Shown: positions 24,791-39,755 of the stretch, piece by piece
Layout: every line of letters starts with the position of its first letter
Position numbering within the stretch: position 1 is the stretch's first letter
Assembly (NCBI GenBank): GCA_000934665.2
Contig: KZ538159.1
Coordinates: 1 to 64,000, forward strand
Reading direction: 5' to 3'
Length of the DNA stretch: 64,000 nt
From: Catajapyx aquilonaris
Taxonomy: Eukaryota
Notes under the pieces: model-generated
Database searches by the model: none
Told to the model about the DNA's origin: nothing
Seen by the model: only the letters and a program-made list of their open reading frames with translations
Program-made: the position numbers and the translations under genes

Positions 24791-26869
24791 TTATATGAAT
24801 TCAGTTTAAATATAAAAGTTGAGTGTCACGTGTTCCTGCACGAGGATGAATGGCCAGGGTATTCTATTTTAATACTATGAAATATTAATGGTACAAGGCA
24901 AAATACCGGAACTCTTTTTTTTTCCCCGGAGTGAGACCAAAATATTAGAGTGCAGAGTCCTTGTGCAGTGCTATTTAAAGTAATGTCATTGTAATTTTTA
25001 AGACTGAAGTTTAATATAAGTGTGTTAATATTTAAATAGCGGTGCATGCTCATTCACGCCTGGATTCAGTTTTAAACCTACTTAATTCAGGAAATATGAA
25101 ACATTTTGAGCTGATTCACCTTTATGTAATTTTTTTTTTCGAGTCTAGTTTTTACTAGATTAGTGGTCACCGCATGACTATAATTTCCTAGAAGCACTGT
25201 GGCTGACCACATCGTTCCGTATACCAGACGTGCACAATTCCGGTATGGTTAACACATGTAATTTTTCATTACTCGGGCACGACTTACACACCTTATTTGT
25301 GATATGAGGCAGCACCCATATGGTGTTTTTATTGGATCAGTTAAGTGGAAAAAAAAGGGGGCGAAGGTGAGGCGGAAATTAAACGTTTGGGGCCGTTCAT
25401 GAAAAACCTTACAAGTTCAACTTCAGGATCAGGATTTTTTGGGCCATGATTGGAGGAAGTGCGGCCTCACGTTTTCATGGCACGTGTTGCCCTTGAATAC
25501 ACTGTTTTTTTGGGCTGTGTAAAAGGCCATTTCCTTCTAAGGTGTAAAGATTTAGGGTACAAAATAATAAAGATGTTTCAACACTTTTTTTTTGTACGTT
25601 TTTTCTGATGGTTACTGTAGGGCTTCCCCGATTGGTCAGAATCGTATGAATCATGAGCATGAGTGTGCAACGCCATTTATGGATTGGGTCACTGTGCTCG
25701 CAAGTTAAAGAATGCAATAAAGTAAAGAGAATGATGAGATGAAGTATTTATTACATCTAGGGTTGGAAATAAACCTGGGAGAAAAAAAATTACTACGCCA
25801 TATGCGTCATAATTTTTTTTATTACAAATTAATTGCCGAAATTTACGTCCGTTGCGGCGATGACGTGGTCCGGTTTATGAGAGGTTACTGACTTTTTTTT
25901 TCCGATTCGTCATCACGTCTTATATAATTCCGGGAGATGCGTCGGTCCCACAAGAATGCGCAGGATGACGTCAACACTGATTGTCCCGAAATTTTATGAG
26001 AAGGAAATATCTACCATTGATCTGTTGCGCAAAAAAAAATCAGTACACAAGGTCATATTGATTCAAAACAAGGTGACCTACGATGTAATTATTCCCGATA
26101 TTGATCTGTGAATTTAGTGAATTTGGTCTGCTGTATAAGGAATTAATTTTGTGCGCATAATATACAATAGCCATTTTTTTTTTAATCCAGACCGCAATGT
26201 TTCGAAAATATGGCCAACAATCGACAATGAATATTCCTGAGTGTGCACGACCAAAATATCAAAGTTTTCTCGTTTGCTCTGGAATGCATTGGATAACAGC
26301 ATACGTGGTCATGCGAGGTGGTAAAAAAAAAAATTGTTGAGCAAGTAGCAAATTAGTCATGCCGAAAATTACCTGGCAGGACTAGAGGATGATTCATGGG
26401 AATTATGCATTGCCGTTACTTCGGCCACGGATCTTAAACACTTGCCCAATCCAAGTTTTTGTACAATTTTTTTTACAGAGGAATTGAGCCCATAAGGAGT
26501 ATATGCCACCAGGTTATATAATTTAAATAATTTTACAAACTGCTATAGTTAACAATGCATAGAATAGCTAGCCGGATCTATATACTGCAGTGTAAGTGCT
26601 TGCGTCACCTTTAGAAACCTCCAGCTCACTTGCACTACTTACAGAGCATTGTACTGGTAGTCTACATGTCACTCACTTTTAGTGCACACTGTATAAGAGT
26701 CCTAAAATAGGAACAGGATGTGGGAGACCGTTGCTCTTTTTTGCTTGCTTTGCTGAAGAATAAGCGAGGAAAACTCAATATTATGTAGTAATACAGTGTA
26801 CTGTACGTGGTACGTTTCATTCAATTACTGTCGTCATCAATTACCCCAGCAGTGTGAGTAACACCACTA

Positions 26870-27190
26870 CTTTAATAATTAAACGATAATTAATTTTAAT
26901 AAATAATAGCTACATAAATTAATTTTAATAAGTAAGCGTTACATAATTAAATTTTAATAAATAATAATTCGCAAATAATTAATTTTAATAACAAATAGCT
27001 AGTTGCCAAATATACCAGAAAAATATTATATTGAGTATCTTAGATCAGTGACAGATGCTAAAATCACCCCAGCTCCAGTATTCTCTGCTTTCCGGCGCAT
27101 AGGAAAGGAAGTTGAATAATACAGCATATGTTCTTAATTTTAATAAATAATAATTAGTTTAAATGAGTAATTGCTACACAATAATTTAAT
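26870..27190. repeat. AT-rich ~29-bp repeat (TAATTAATTTTAATAAATAA), interrupted
   Basis: Four units at 26870-27000, more at 27135-27190. Confidence 0.7.
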
Positions 27191-27761
27191 TAATGATTAT
27201 TCAGTATACTCAGTGCTGACATCATATGCCTTGAATTGTTAGCCACATTGTTGAGTCATTCCCCTTTTTCCAAAGAGCTGCCAGGAAATCCCAAATTTGC
27301 GAACTGGACTTGCCAAATTTCGACCCCCCTGAATCCGCAAGTGGGTCCAGGGCCTAGAGTACAATGACACCCAGGGCCGGTCCTTCAGATACATCGACAA
27401 AATGACGTAACGTGGTCTCCCGGTTTTGAAATAGCGAGCTACAAAGGGGGGGAAAAAAGAGAAAAAAACCTTGTGGCCCAAATGCCGTCGGAGCCAAATG
27501 GTTGTTGTTGAGGTTGCTGTTGGACACGTCCTCGCTCGACATCGAGAGGTACATATATGCCCGCCTGTTAATTGCACAGAGTCAAAAGCAGACATCGCAT
27601 GTGGCCCCCACTCTTTTCTCTCGTGACAAAAGGACCTCGATACTATTGGAACGTACGCTACAAAAGCTATTCCTAGGTTGTACGATAGGACATTTCGATT
27701 TTAGAGGGGTCAAAATTGAAGTAGTCTCGAGCTTGCTTCGAGCTGGGCCTGCTCCGAGTAG

Positions 27762-28104
27762 TCCAACTCCGAGGGGTCCAACTCTGAGAGGCCTAACTCT
27801 GAGCGTTCCAACTCTGAGCGGTCCAACTCTGAGCGGTCCAACTCTGAGCGGTCCAACTCTGAGCGGTCCAACTCTGAGCGGCCCAACTCTGAGCGGCCCA
27901 ACTCTGAGCGGCCCAACTCTGAGAGGCCTAACTCTGAGAGGCCTAACTCCGAGCAGCCCAACTCTGAGCGGCCCAACTCTGAGTAGCTCAACTCCGAGCG
28001 GTCCAACTCGGAGCGGCCCAGCTCGGAGCGGCCCAGCTCGGAGCGGCCCAACTCTGAGTGGCTCAACTCTGAGCGGTCCAACTCTGAGCGGTCCAACTCC
28101 GAGC
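27762..28104. repeat. 15-bp GC-rich minisatellite (CCAACTCTGAGCGGT), ~23 units
   Basis: Directly visible; produces the PTLSG and SELGR repeat ORFs on the two strands. Confidence 0.95.
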
Positions 28105-30071
28105 TGGTCCTGCTTGCTCCGAGTGGTCCCGACTTGCTCCGCAGGGTCCCGACTTTTTCCAAGAACTTCTTTATTTATTTATGGCGGATATGACGCATTT
28201 GCGTGTTTACCCAGTGAATGAAAACAACGATTAAAGGCTGATGCGACCTTTATGCTGCAACCGGTGTGTGATGACGTCAGAAACGGTGATGGCGTTATAC
28301 TTGGGAGCGACGAATGCATGCAAATGTCGTCGAAGGAATCGAGGGGAGGTCTATGAATGCATGCAGGGGGTGATTATAAGGAAGGGAAGATCGATTGAGT
28401 GGCTGGGGGAAATACGAGGGCCTGGATGACACACCTCACAAATGAATTTATCGACTTTTCTGAGCAAAATTAGTCAGGTTGAACGTACCTCCTAAGTATA
28501 TAAAATAAGTACAACAAGTGATATTATTAGAAGAAATGTGATTAAGATATAAAGTATACCCATGTACTATATTGGTACATTCATAAGTGAAGATGACGCA
28601 CTAGTTGATAACATTATTACCTATAAGATTACCGATTTGGGTTACGACATATGCATATTTGACATTTTTTTTTTCGAGACGTCACAAATGACCCTGTCAT
28701 CCCTTTGTTATTGTTTTATCACATGGATATGACAACATGAATGACACGTATGAATAATATTATGTCCACATATGTTGGGATAGGTTATGTAGCCGGATTT
28801 TTTTTCTGACACGTCCAGAGCATGTTGGTGACCCAAATATAGTCCACCATGGCCCTGAAGTACATGCGTAAAGTGAATTTTGAGCAGATTTGTATACATA
28901 AACAATCGACCCACATTACATATTTAGCAGTTTTTTTTACAATGCACCTAACGGCCTCGTTTCAATTATTCACTCGCTGTATGACTAAACAATTTTCTAA
29001 GAACAAAAGTGAGTCCAATAAACATATCGCTTTGAAAGCGTAAGAAAGACCATTACCTCAGCCAAGTTGGCATTTTGCTATAGAGATTAACGCGACTAAT
29101 GACCCCCCTCTGGAAACCCCTGGGTGTTGGGTGTGGTTTTGAAGCACATACACCCCTCGGTGTTTAACTTTTTTTTTTGAACGGGACTTGTGCCAAAAAT
29201 GAGGGTCCTAAGCCGCTTCCGATGTCTGGACCATTTCGTGCTTGCCAGACTATTGAAGGCACTACAGGGTGCGTCAATATTGGCTGTTAATTAGTCTGAA
29301 ATTAATGAACAAATACACAACAAAGGAATAATCAGCCAGTTACGTTTCTGTCAAGATATTGCGTCCACATGCCATATTGTCCCGGAAACAATGCAGAATT
29401 AATTTGGTGGTACTTATCAGGGTTTTTTTTAATTAGGCGATATTTTTAGGTCCAATATTGCAGACAGCGCCCTCTGTTGATAGCGTCTGAGTACTACTGC
29501 ACCGGTAATCCAAGCGCAATAAGGCGTAAAGACTTTCCCAGGTTACTGACTCAACCGAGGCGGGGCACCCCGTCATGTTGAAGAACAAAAAGAGCCTCCA
29601 GTCAGGGGTATGATAGGACTCTGCCCCCTAGAAACGTCGTAGGTGCTCTGCCATTTTTGCAGCGCAAAAAAATAGTTTGGCGAACTCAACTAACCTTGAC
29701 GGAGAGTCATGACACCGATGGTTTTTGGTCCTGATGTAGCGTCATGCTGACCTTCCCCACTTGGTCTTAGCTTGCCAATCAGCTTTCTCTTCCGCTTTGT
29801 ACATATGTGGCTAGTTGAACCAGGGTTAAAATTTTGCAAATTTTTAAAAAACTATTTCACAGGCTATTTTTGAGATGGCAAAGTGCGACCCCAACACGTG
29901 CTTTGGGTGATTATTTTCACACATCATTTTTTGTAGGGTGATTAGACTGCTAGGTGCGTGAGAAATAGAGTGGTGAGTCAGTATGTGTTATCAACATGTG
30001 ATGTAACATGTCAGAGATAGGTCCTAAAGAGACAGAATAGTGTAAGACAAACTGCGTTTATGATCCAATAT

Positions 30072-30142
30072 CAGTTTAGGCGAACACCAGCTTAGGCGAA
30101 CAGCAGCTTAGGCGAACACCAGTTTCCGCCTAATACCAGTTT
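30072..30142. repeat. 16-bp tandem repeat (CAGCTTAGGCGAACAC)
   Basis: Three good units plus degenerate ones. Confidence 0.75.
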
Positions 30143-31381
30143 ACGTTTGTTTATGCCCCTTTTTCTCCACAAACTGGTAGTCCTTGCATGGTCAGCAATG
30201 CCATTCATGTACCGGTACCTTTATTTCGGGTTGTAATAATTTAGTCGCGCGGTTACACCCACATGCATCGTGTTGGTGAATAGCGAGCATAAGTCGATGG
30301 TCATGCAAGGATAATAATCGCATGGAAATGACCTTGTTACCTCTAGTCCCAGGCTATTTTCTGCTCACCATAAACGGGTTTCCGACATGTCTACCTAGTA
30401 TTCTGAAGGGCGTCATTAGCAAAATCCGTCGTTTTTTTGCTGATGCCATTGCAACAACAAGGAAAAACATTTTCATTGCAAATTATTCTATTTCTATATA
30501 TACTATTGAAATAAAACTTAATTGTATTCTTTGACGTATGCGCCACCAAATTAAGTACAAGTGACGCACGACCTAGGGTTGACTGAAACTTAATGAGCAA
30601 TCTGCAAGATGGCGTCGGGACATTGCACCTGAGAGGTGTTTCCCAGAAATAGTTTTTTCCCCCCCCAATAAATCGATGGGTAATTTACCCTCAAAAAATT
30701 CTTCGCATTTCTAAAATGGTGCCCACGCTACTTTGCGTATTTTTATCGGAACCGGTTTAGGGTTCGATTCCAGGCAGGATGGTTGTGTCAGGGTGAAGGT
30801 CTCATGATCTCCTCGGGAAACAAAGGCAGGCGCCCAGAGAGCAACGTCCTTGACATGCTTTGTTCCATCCATATGAGGCCATGTGGTTTGTGTAAAGCCA
30901 ACCGACCAAACAAATCTTCAGTAGCCTATCAAATATGGCTTATTCACATAGCCATTTCGAAAAAATTTTAAAAAATGTAACAGTTATTTTGTAAATTTTT
31001 TGGGGTAAAATATCGTGTAGCAAAAGCGATAGGGCCACACGCTCTCTGTTATTTAACTCCTATCGGTACCTGTATGACCAGTTCGCGTGCAACTTTCGGG
31101 GGTAGTTTCGTGAGTGGTCTGGTACTATTTTGTAAGTAATGTAGCAGCAAACATAACCTCCGTCCTTGGACAACAACCCTGGAGCAATTTGGAACCGCCT
31201 GTGCTAAAAATTCGCAAGTCCGGCCTTCAACCCGGTTTTTTTAGATGACTTACAGGTGAAGCATGCGGATTGCGTCATGACTATACCTGAATGTATCATG
31301 TATATGTATATATGCAGCTGTCATTTTTGTTGTTCCACCAACCATATATATTACAAGCCGAGGGAAAGTCCCTGCTGAGGT

Positions 31382-31403
31382 NNNNNNNNNNNNNNNNNNN
31401 NNN
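31382..31403. other. Assembly gap (N run)
   Basis: 22 N; isolated Ns also occur beside G/C homopolymers at 3642, 48677-48678, 50311 and 61040. Confidence 0.95.
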
Positions 31404-32144
31404 ACGCCACTTGTTTACCAGTCATGTGCTTCCCGGAAGAGGGGCAATGTCTTCAGGAGGATGAAAAGGTGACTTTGTGGCGCAGTTAATATTACAGATA
31501 AATTGGTAAGTTACAAGTTGCGCATTTGCAGGTCGTGAAACGTTTGGGTAACGTCCTGGTAACGTCTAGGAAACGTTTTTGAGCAATCGGACCAATCAGA
31601 TTTCGATAGGTTATTGTTTTGTTAGATCAAAGGGAATTTATGCCAAATGGGGTAGGAATCCAGTGTGTGGTATGGTTTTCCTTTGCAGTGGTGTAACTAC
31701 TATAGGGGGAGGGGCATAATTTGATTGTATGGGCCTTTGATTTGCTTCCTTTTTTTTTCCAGGCCGCTTTTCATGTTTCGCATAGTTGTTTTGTGTGAAA
31801 GAAATGGTATTGAAAGCATCCCTGTTTTTGGACTAGATTTGCATGCACTGTAACACGCGCTAGGGAAGAGGGTGGGGGGTAGGGGGTAGGGGAATTAGTG
31901 CATAACGCATGTGGATTAAAGGGGGGACGAAATGGGTTATATTGTAGTAAGATGTACAATGTTTTCCTTTCGTTTCCAGCATAATTTTTTTTGTCATGGT
32001 TTGATTATTTTGGGGTTTGATTACGCGTGGAATTTTCAGTTTGGTAGTTTCTGTTGGTGCGGAACAAATTGACTAATTTTTTAAAGAAACATATTTTTTT
32101 GTTGTAAATTGGCTGTGATATTACCTGACTTATTATTAATAATT

Positions 32145-32432
32145 GACCGAAGCAGTGGTGGCGGAGGGGATATGGTATCCGACTGCTAATAGGGAGGTCC
32201 TGGGTTCGAATCCTGGTGCCGGCAACTCTAACCGTGGTTTTCTGTGGTTTCCCACGGTTCCTCCAGGAGAATTCCGGAATTGTTTCCTAAACTAATAGGC
32301 CACAGCCGCCTCCTTCCTATCCTATCCTATCCCAAAAAGCGCAGTAAAAAACGAAACGAAGAGTTCCAGTCAAAATATATATATTATATATCTCCCCTAA
32401 AGAGCCGCCGGCTGATAACGGAGTATGAATTA
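32145..32432 (+). mobile_element. tRNA-derived SINE with an arthropod Talua-like central domain
   Basis: A-box TGGCGGAGGGG (~32159); B-box GGTTCGAATCC (32203); body GGTTTTCTGTGGTTTCCC...CTCCAGG...TAGGCCACAGCCGCCTCCTTCC; AT-rich tail; likely TSD TTATTATTAATAATT at 32130-32144 and 32433-32447. The family resemblance is from memory. Confidence 0.85.
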
Positions 32433-33230
32433 TTATTATTAATAATTATTAATAATTGCAGACAAAGCTGGTGTTGCATAATATGGTCTGACATTCAGAT
32501 ACGATTATATAAATCCAGATTTGTAAATGACGTCACTATTGTTGTAATTACTAACAATTGCAACAATTGCGTCATTTCCTGTACATATCAAGTGTACGTT
32601 AAGGATATCCTGATAGTCTTTTCATCACAAACCCCATCCTATGTTGTTGTTTATTTCGTTTGTTAGTACACAATATTTGCAGGATATAGGGCAGATACTT
32701 ATCAATTACGTAATGATCACATGAGTCGCCATCCAATAAAATAGACCAATCACCCGATTGATTGTGTGCCAACTACCACGCCATATAAGAATAGGCTTAA
32801 TGAGCCCCACTTCCGGTGTCGACTTTTAAAAAAATTGTAGGCATTTCCGGAAGATTTAGGAAGTCAACGTCCCCCTTAAAACCATCTGACCTTTAGTCAC
32901 AAAGTCAGAATTGCTTCCAAAAAAACAAAAAAAAATCAGGGGCTAACTAACCTGAAGCTTGGCTGTATTTTTAGGTGCACTTTTCTACGTCTTATTTTCC
33001 GGATGCGTCCCGGTTGGAATTTTTGGGCGGGAAGTCCGCCAACGGACATTTTTCATTTTGAACGGACAAGGGAAGTATTTTTGAAAAAGGGGCGTGAACC
33101 GTTTTTATTTCTCTTATTTTTCCTGCTAGGGATGGGTAAACGGTACTTGATAGCTAGTACACTGTTCAGATCGTATAATTTTGGTGAAACTTTACATAAG
33201 CTAAATTAATAATTTTATTACTGACTATAT

Positions 33231-33429
33231 GAAATACTTTGAATGAATCGATGTATCGACGCTACATCCGGGGTTCCTGCTTTTCTGCCATTTCGCCTCC
33301 TGCGGCCAAGGATGACCTCGGAGGTCAAGTCCAATGTGCTAAAAACCTTCCCCGTTAAAAACTACCCCTAATGATTACCCTGGGGCATACGTCGAGACCT
33401 CCGTATTTATTTGCATCGAGAACAAGGGG
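33231..33429 (+). mobile_element. Dispersed repeat, copy 2
   Basis: GAAATACTTTGAATGAATCGATG...GGATGACCTCGGAGGTCAAGTCCAATGTGCTAAAAACC... shared with 5271-5494. Confidence 0.8.
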
Positions 33430-36400
33430 ACATACGTTGTTATAAGATATGTCAACATTTTATTTTATTTTTTAACTAGTGCACCCGTAGCCAAAATTTG
33501 GCAAAACCTGCCATCTGCCGGCCTGATGATTTAGTGGAGTGACCAGAAGGTGGCGGCACTCACCAAGGTCCCCTAACTTTCTCCGCCCCACCTACCGGAG
33601 CGTTCCAGACAGAGGGAAGAAAAAAAATAAGGCGATTATTATAGGGGAAATTATTATTTTCTGTCGATCTGACACATTATTTTTGAGCCTTTTTGCAGCC
33701 ATTTTGGCTCCACACGGGAAACACCTTTATTGATGCCCTCAAATTAGTACAGGTGTATGACACATTTTGCTCTCCCTTACGATACGGTTTAGTAATCACA
33801 ACGGATGTTCCCTAGGCCATTATGCATGCTACCCTCTGACTCAGATACACACAGTACACAAAAAAACACAGTGGTTCTCCCATGACAAGCATAACTTAGG
33901 TCCAGGTACCAAATGACACAAAGCAAAACTCTTGTTGGGTAGCAAGTAGGATGAGAGTAGGGTAGGGCCAAAGCTTCTGCATCTGCTCCACCACATCACA
34001 TATAGCCTTGGATGGGTTGAATGGTCTAAGAGGAGGACATTGGCGCGAAAAAGAATGGGCCATGATGGTGATGAGCGGCGGCCATGATTAGCCCTTGGAA
34101 GCCCATCCCACCGCACCGGACAGAAATAACTTCAGTGGGGTTGAGTATAGGGGGGGCTCTACTGAGTTAGCAAAAGTGCAACATCATCCACATGTCTCAT
34201 CAGCCGGCGGAGAATGTGCACTCATATATTGTCTAGAAATAAATCTTAGGGAGGTTTTGACCCCTTATGTTGAGGATAGGTGGTAGTAAACATGGCGGTT
34301 GAGCTCCTCAGGTCATCCCAGACTGCAGTCAGGCCGTTTCACGACTCCTCACGTATCCAGCAGACACTGAGCAGACTTCCCTCTATAATGGGGGCTTCGC
34401 ACGTTTAGCGAATAAAGCTGTGTAACAAATAGCGTTATTACACAACGTTTGTTCCTGCCTGATATTGTAAGCTAAATGTCCGGTAATAAACAGTTCCATT
34501 TCGACACCTATAACATTACGTAATGGCGATTTGTGGAGGTACGGCTAACGTTTCGTATTTTTTAAAGAGCAGTGATTACGAGTTACAATTATGTTTATAC
34601 ATGTAATCTCACCCATTACTTGCAGCTTGAGTCAGACTCTAAGGACAGATCCATTGTCTAACCGCTTCACAACGTATTGTGTCAATGAAGTTGTGCAAGC
34701 TGAGATACCGATGTTATTCAACATCCCCACATTTGATTATAGCTATTACACCTATTTTTTTGCTAGTATATTACTTAAAAAAAAAACTAAGCCCGGGAGT
34801 CTAGCCAATCAAGTCAAGGATAGTTAAGACAGGAACACCCAAAATCTCAAGGATTCATCCCAAGTGAGTTCACAGTTTGGCTAAGGTATTCAGTAGATGA
34901 TGTCACACCCATTGTGTTACCGGGCATCAAAGGTGCTGATGATATGTTAGCAAGGTAGCTATTTTGTACCGTCTGTAGTAATCCCTCTGTACGAAGGATC
35001 AGGGGCGTATGAGATCTGACTTTGGGCACGATCTAGCCCTGAAAAAGTCGTGGCCGGTTTTTCAGGGTGGAGGGTGCTGGGGGGGAGAGAGTAAACCAGG
35101 AAACATTACGGGGGTGATGTAATGCATGGTAATGAATCTCAGGTTTTTGATGCCATAAACACATAAGTTCCAGACCTCCCGGCCTTGCCTTGTCCCCATA
35201 GGAGCACGTTTTCGAGCAGTGAAAAAACGTGATGTAAGAATCCAAATTTATACAACCCCTAGTGTCAAGTGCTGGCAATTACCTAAGCTGGGTGATTACA
35301 TCTGTTGTTTGTTAGGAATGTTGGACGATTGTTGGAAAAACAATCCGGGTCTGTACGGCCGGAACTGAAAAAATATGGTAGAAATGAATGGGGCCCAGAA
35401 CAGGCAAGGGACCGAGCGCGCGAGCTGACTTTTGTTTTTTTGAAACTGGCGGAGCGGATGTGACGTCACGAAACTTTGACAGCGACGTATGCATTAACTA
35501 TGCAACGGAATCCAAAACTAATTGCACATCCCTATATTAGTTTTATGAGTACTATCAGTCTACCTGGCGATTGTCCGCGAGTTTCCCTTCACCCTGTATA
35601 GCCATTAGTATAGCGATAGCCTATAGGCGGAAATAGTGCGCAGTTTTCCAGGTTGATATAACTAACGGACATTGGTTGCGAAAACTGATAGGGTCAAGTG
35701 TGCCGACTTATTTTAAGATATAGCCATCCGGGAAAATCGGTTTATAGCGCGTGATAATGTAACACATACAGGAAATGACACTTGCGAACAGTTATAGCTA
35801 TCGTATCTCGCAATCCCATGGTTACGCGTCTTAGATACCGAAGGTGAATCATTGTCCACATGCGATAAGTACAGGTCAGTCGGAAGTACCTTACGTCACA
35901 AAGACAAAGACTGAGGCCATACACACGCTGTCACCTAGTAAGCAATGAATTTTACAGGCTCCAACCGAATTCAACTAGGGGGCTATAAAGGAGCAAACTC
36001 GATTTGCCTTTTATAGTCGGGCAGGGAAGTTGGAAAGCTGCGTTTCGGACGTTTTATTCCTCGCTTCGTCGTCGGTTTATGCTGAACGAGAACCGATGTA
36101 GGTCATGTACGAGTATAACTACCGTCATGCAGTGAGTCTAACGATAGGCGCTGAATAATATATGGCTGAAACAGCGAGACCTTGCGAGGGGGCTAACCTT
36201 TTTCGATTAATCCAGCTTTTGTAGTATATTCTGTGCCCATAAGTCAAGTGCGACATTGTACGGAATTGTGTGCACTATTCTACATATTTACATATTTCTT
36301 ACACCTATTTATGTGAAAGGCTCTTACATATGTCTATTTTAAATCTCCTTGGACTATTGCGTTACTGTCGCAATCAATGTTTTGATTGCGCACACTGAGA

Positions 36401-39400
36401 GTGATCTTACGTCATCCGACCGTCCGACCTTTCAAAAAGTAGGCTAGGCCTATACACTATTCCATATTATGAGGCATACAGTATATAGCCTGCATAACAT
36501 ATAGATTTTCATATACACTGCGTAACTGCTCTACCCCAATGCGCCCCCGACCTACTGCAATATTATCGCTCACTATAGTTTCCTATAGTAAACATAGGTC
36601 TACACCCAACCGTTCCTATGAAAGGACCGCCTAGAACTATATTGATCTTCTGTCCCATTTCGGTGCATGTTTTGACCCAGCCAAGGGGATTAGAGTCGAA
36701 GTTGTCGAAGGTCTATAGAGCTATCGTGACGTAACACAATTGCGGAGGTTGCTCTTGGGTACGGAAACCTATAGTCCGTGGGTGTTAGAATCGATTTTTG
36801 TAGGCAGGTCCCCCAGGTTTCTACGCAATAGAACTGACCTGGGTTACTCTGGAAACAGTTCCGTTCCTGACCATTATACAAAAGGAGCCTGGAATAGTGA
36901 CGTTAATCTGGATCCCCCCCTAGGGAGTCCTTTTAATATAATATGAAAAGCTTGCTCCTTCCTTTGCCTGCTTGCACCAAAATGTCATGCCATATTTATA
37001 AGGCCCGTTTTGTATGCAGAGTTTTTGTTCATAAAAATGAAGGGATTTATATCCATGAATTTTGTAGGATATATAGCCCTAGATGGGGGGCTCAAAATAT
37101 AATTGCGCACTTTTTTTATTTTGAAAATATGAGTTACGTAATATGCAATTTGCACGTGCAATGTATTGACAAAATTTTAGGACACAAAAAGGTGACCTTG
37201 GCCTATTCGATCAGAATCCGCACGCTATTTCCAATTTTGCGTTTGAAGGTGGTAATCCTATTGCGTAATGCGCTCTAATTTAATATACTTCCCCCCTCAT
37301 TGTAGGTTAAGTCGAGCCTATATTTTCGCAGAATTCAAACCTAAAACCCGGATTTGCGAATCTAGAGCGAAATTCAATTAAGTACATTGTTAACAAAGAG
37401 GATTTTCATAGAGAGCTCACAGAAGTTTCTGAAGGACCTGGGAGAAATATTAGTGCGCATTAATTTCGAACTTTATTGCCCTATTTTTGAATGCCAGGGA
37501 GCGTTACAGTATATCTTAATGCGCATATGTAATGACGCAAGCTTCCTGAATTTTTGGGGTTTGGCCTATACGGGATCTCATCCTTTACATGAAAAATATA
37601 TGGAGATGGATTTTTGCGCATTCCGCATTTCGCAAGAGGATGGGTTGTGCAAAGTCGAGTTGAGGTGGTCAGGTATATTCATGGCAGCTTTATTGTGACA
37701 TGACTCTATAAATATAGGGCGTGAGTAGGGGTTTAATAGAAGCTAGAATTTTTGGGATATGTATTTGGCAAGATTTTTCACGCCCATTGGAGTTCCACAT
37801 GAGTCAGAAATTACCCCACATTCTGAGTATTAACGTGAAGTGTAGGATTCTATAGGACTCTAACCACATTTCGTGACATAACGGAAGCGAAACACATTGT
37901 GGCAAAATTTCACATCAATTATTAACTAATGCATCGATTTGAGCAAGAGACGGTATGGGGCAAGTGTAACTTTCGACCTCCATTTTTGTGTCTGTACTTA
38001 TGTACTATTAGGAAAGTTTGTGCATGCAGTGTACTAATTGTATGCTATGCAATATGTAAATTGTTGTGTGTATGTTGGCAATGTATTTTAAATTCAAGTT
38101 CATAGTACATTGCGTCAGCACTTATCTACGATTCTATTGTTGGATATCAGTTACTAATTTAGTTCCATTTTTTTTTGCACCCATGCCCCTTGTACCTTAC
38201 ATATGTAATGTACATTTGCGCATACGATTGTCACCAGCGGCAATTGAAACTAGACCCGATGAGCTGGCAAGTCACGCACTCCTCTTTTTTGAAGGTTAAT
38301 GCAAGTAATTTGATCTAAAAAGTCGAGCATTGCTCCCGGTGAGTCACTCTGCTGGGGTCTGCAATAAAATCCGTGCAATTCTAATGAAGACCACAGAGGG
38401 TGGTGACCCCTTCCCGGGGGTGACATTACCATAAAAAGGGGTGCAGTGTTGCACTACACTCTCTCCCTCTCTCGGATATTTTTTTTTTGGTGAAGTACAG
38501 AACTAAAGAATCTACACTGGATGCTTAGAATATGACTCGCCCATTTTCTTACTATATACTGTTGAATAATGTATAAGATGAGCTTGAACCGTGCTCATAC
38601 AGATTTGTTCAATATTAATAGCCTTGTCAGTCACGATTTGAAATTTTTATTATGTATCGTGCTTAGGGTGATGCCGCTTGATTTACGGTGAAGTCAGTGC
38701 ATATGGTAATTTTTATTGCAATATTTGTGCCCAGATTACAATGAGCCCCAGTGGCACCAATTTTTATAGGTCATATCTGGCACAAATAATTATTTTTCGA
38801 TAAATTAATATTTGTTCCATTTATTTATTTATTATAAATATATTGATATAACAACATTCGCACATAATTGCATAAATAATTGTAGAAAAATTCAAAATTC
38901 ATGAGGTGTCAAGTTACCCCCATCACTGAGAGTGCTGCCCCGTTCTTTGCCCACACAATTTGTTCACAAAATTTCGAGCAATAAAATCCATGAAATTTAT
39001 GGCACGTCACGACGCCACACTCTAGGGGCAGGGTAACGATCGGGCAATTACATTTGCGTCACCTTTAAGGACGTAACGCTTGTTTTTTACCCCTGAGGCA
39101 GGCATCCGAAGTGGGACCCCTGGTGAAAGAAAGTTTTAAGTCGTAAGGGTGCCGGTGAAATCGCCAGGTGAAAATAATTCTCTAGGGGGATGGACTTTCA
39201 TTGAATGGATTGGTGCACTCTTTTGCGATGGTGGGTCCCTCTCCAAGTGGGAATTTAGGTTAATGGCGCACCTCTTAAGCGCCATCAAGCCATCCAAGTG
39301 GGACCAGTTGTATTTATGGGGCGGTCTCTGTCCCCTCCCAACCTGGTCTCTGTATATACACCTTTTTTGCACAGCCTTTGACCTATATGCTGTTCATTGC

Positions 39401-39579
39401 TCTCGTTTCACTCTTTCACCCTTACGTGAGAGTTATGCCATTTTGGATGATTTTTTTACTAGTCTGGCCCAATATTTAATTATATTCCATATATGGTATT
39501 GTATAATTATATTGTATAAATATTATTGGGGGGAGTCGCGAAATTATGTGGCCCACTAAAATCTGGCCTAGTTTGTCTA

Positions 39580-39755
39580 CATATGTCAATATACACATGT
39601 GTCATACTTCATGTGTGTCGTACTTCATATGTCAATATACACATGTGTCATACTTCATGTGTGTCATACTTCATGTGTGTCGTACTTCATATGTGTCGTA
39701 CTTCATATGTGTCATACTTCATATGCGTCGTACGTCATGTGTCATACTTCATATG
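39580..39755. repeat. 16-bp minisatellite (ATATGTGTCATACTTC)
   Basis: About 10 units with variants. Confidence 0.9.

Noticed and set aside
27502..28221. 239-aa PTLSG-repeat ORF and 150-aa antisense SELGR ORF (pentapeptide-like)
   Set aside because: Both are explained by a stop-free 15-bp minisatellite; non-ATG starts and no exon support
32150..32222. Possible tRNA gene
   Set aside because: The tRNA-like head continues into a SINE body and tail with a TSD; the stems are not intact
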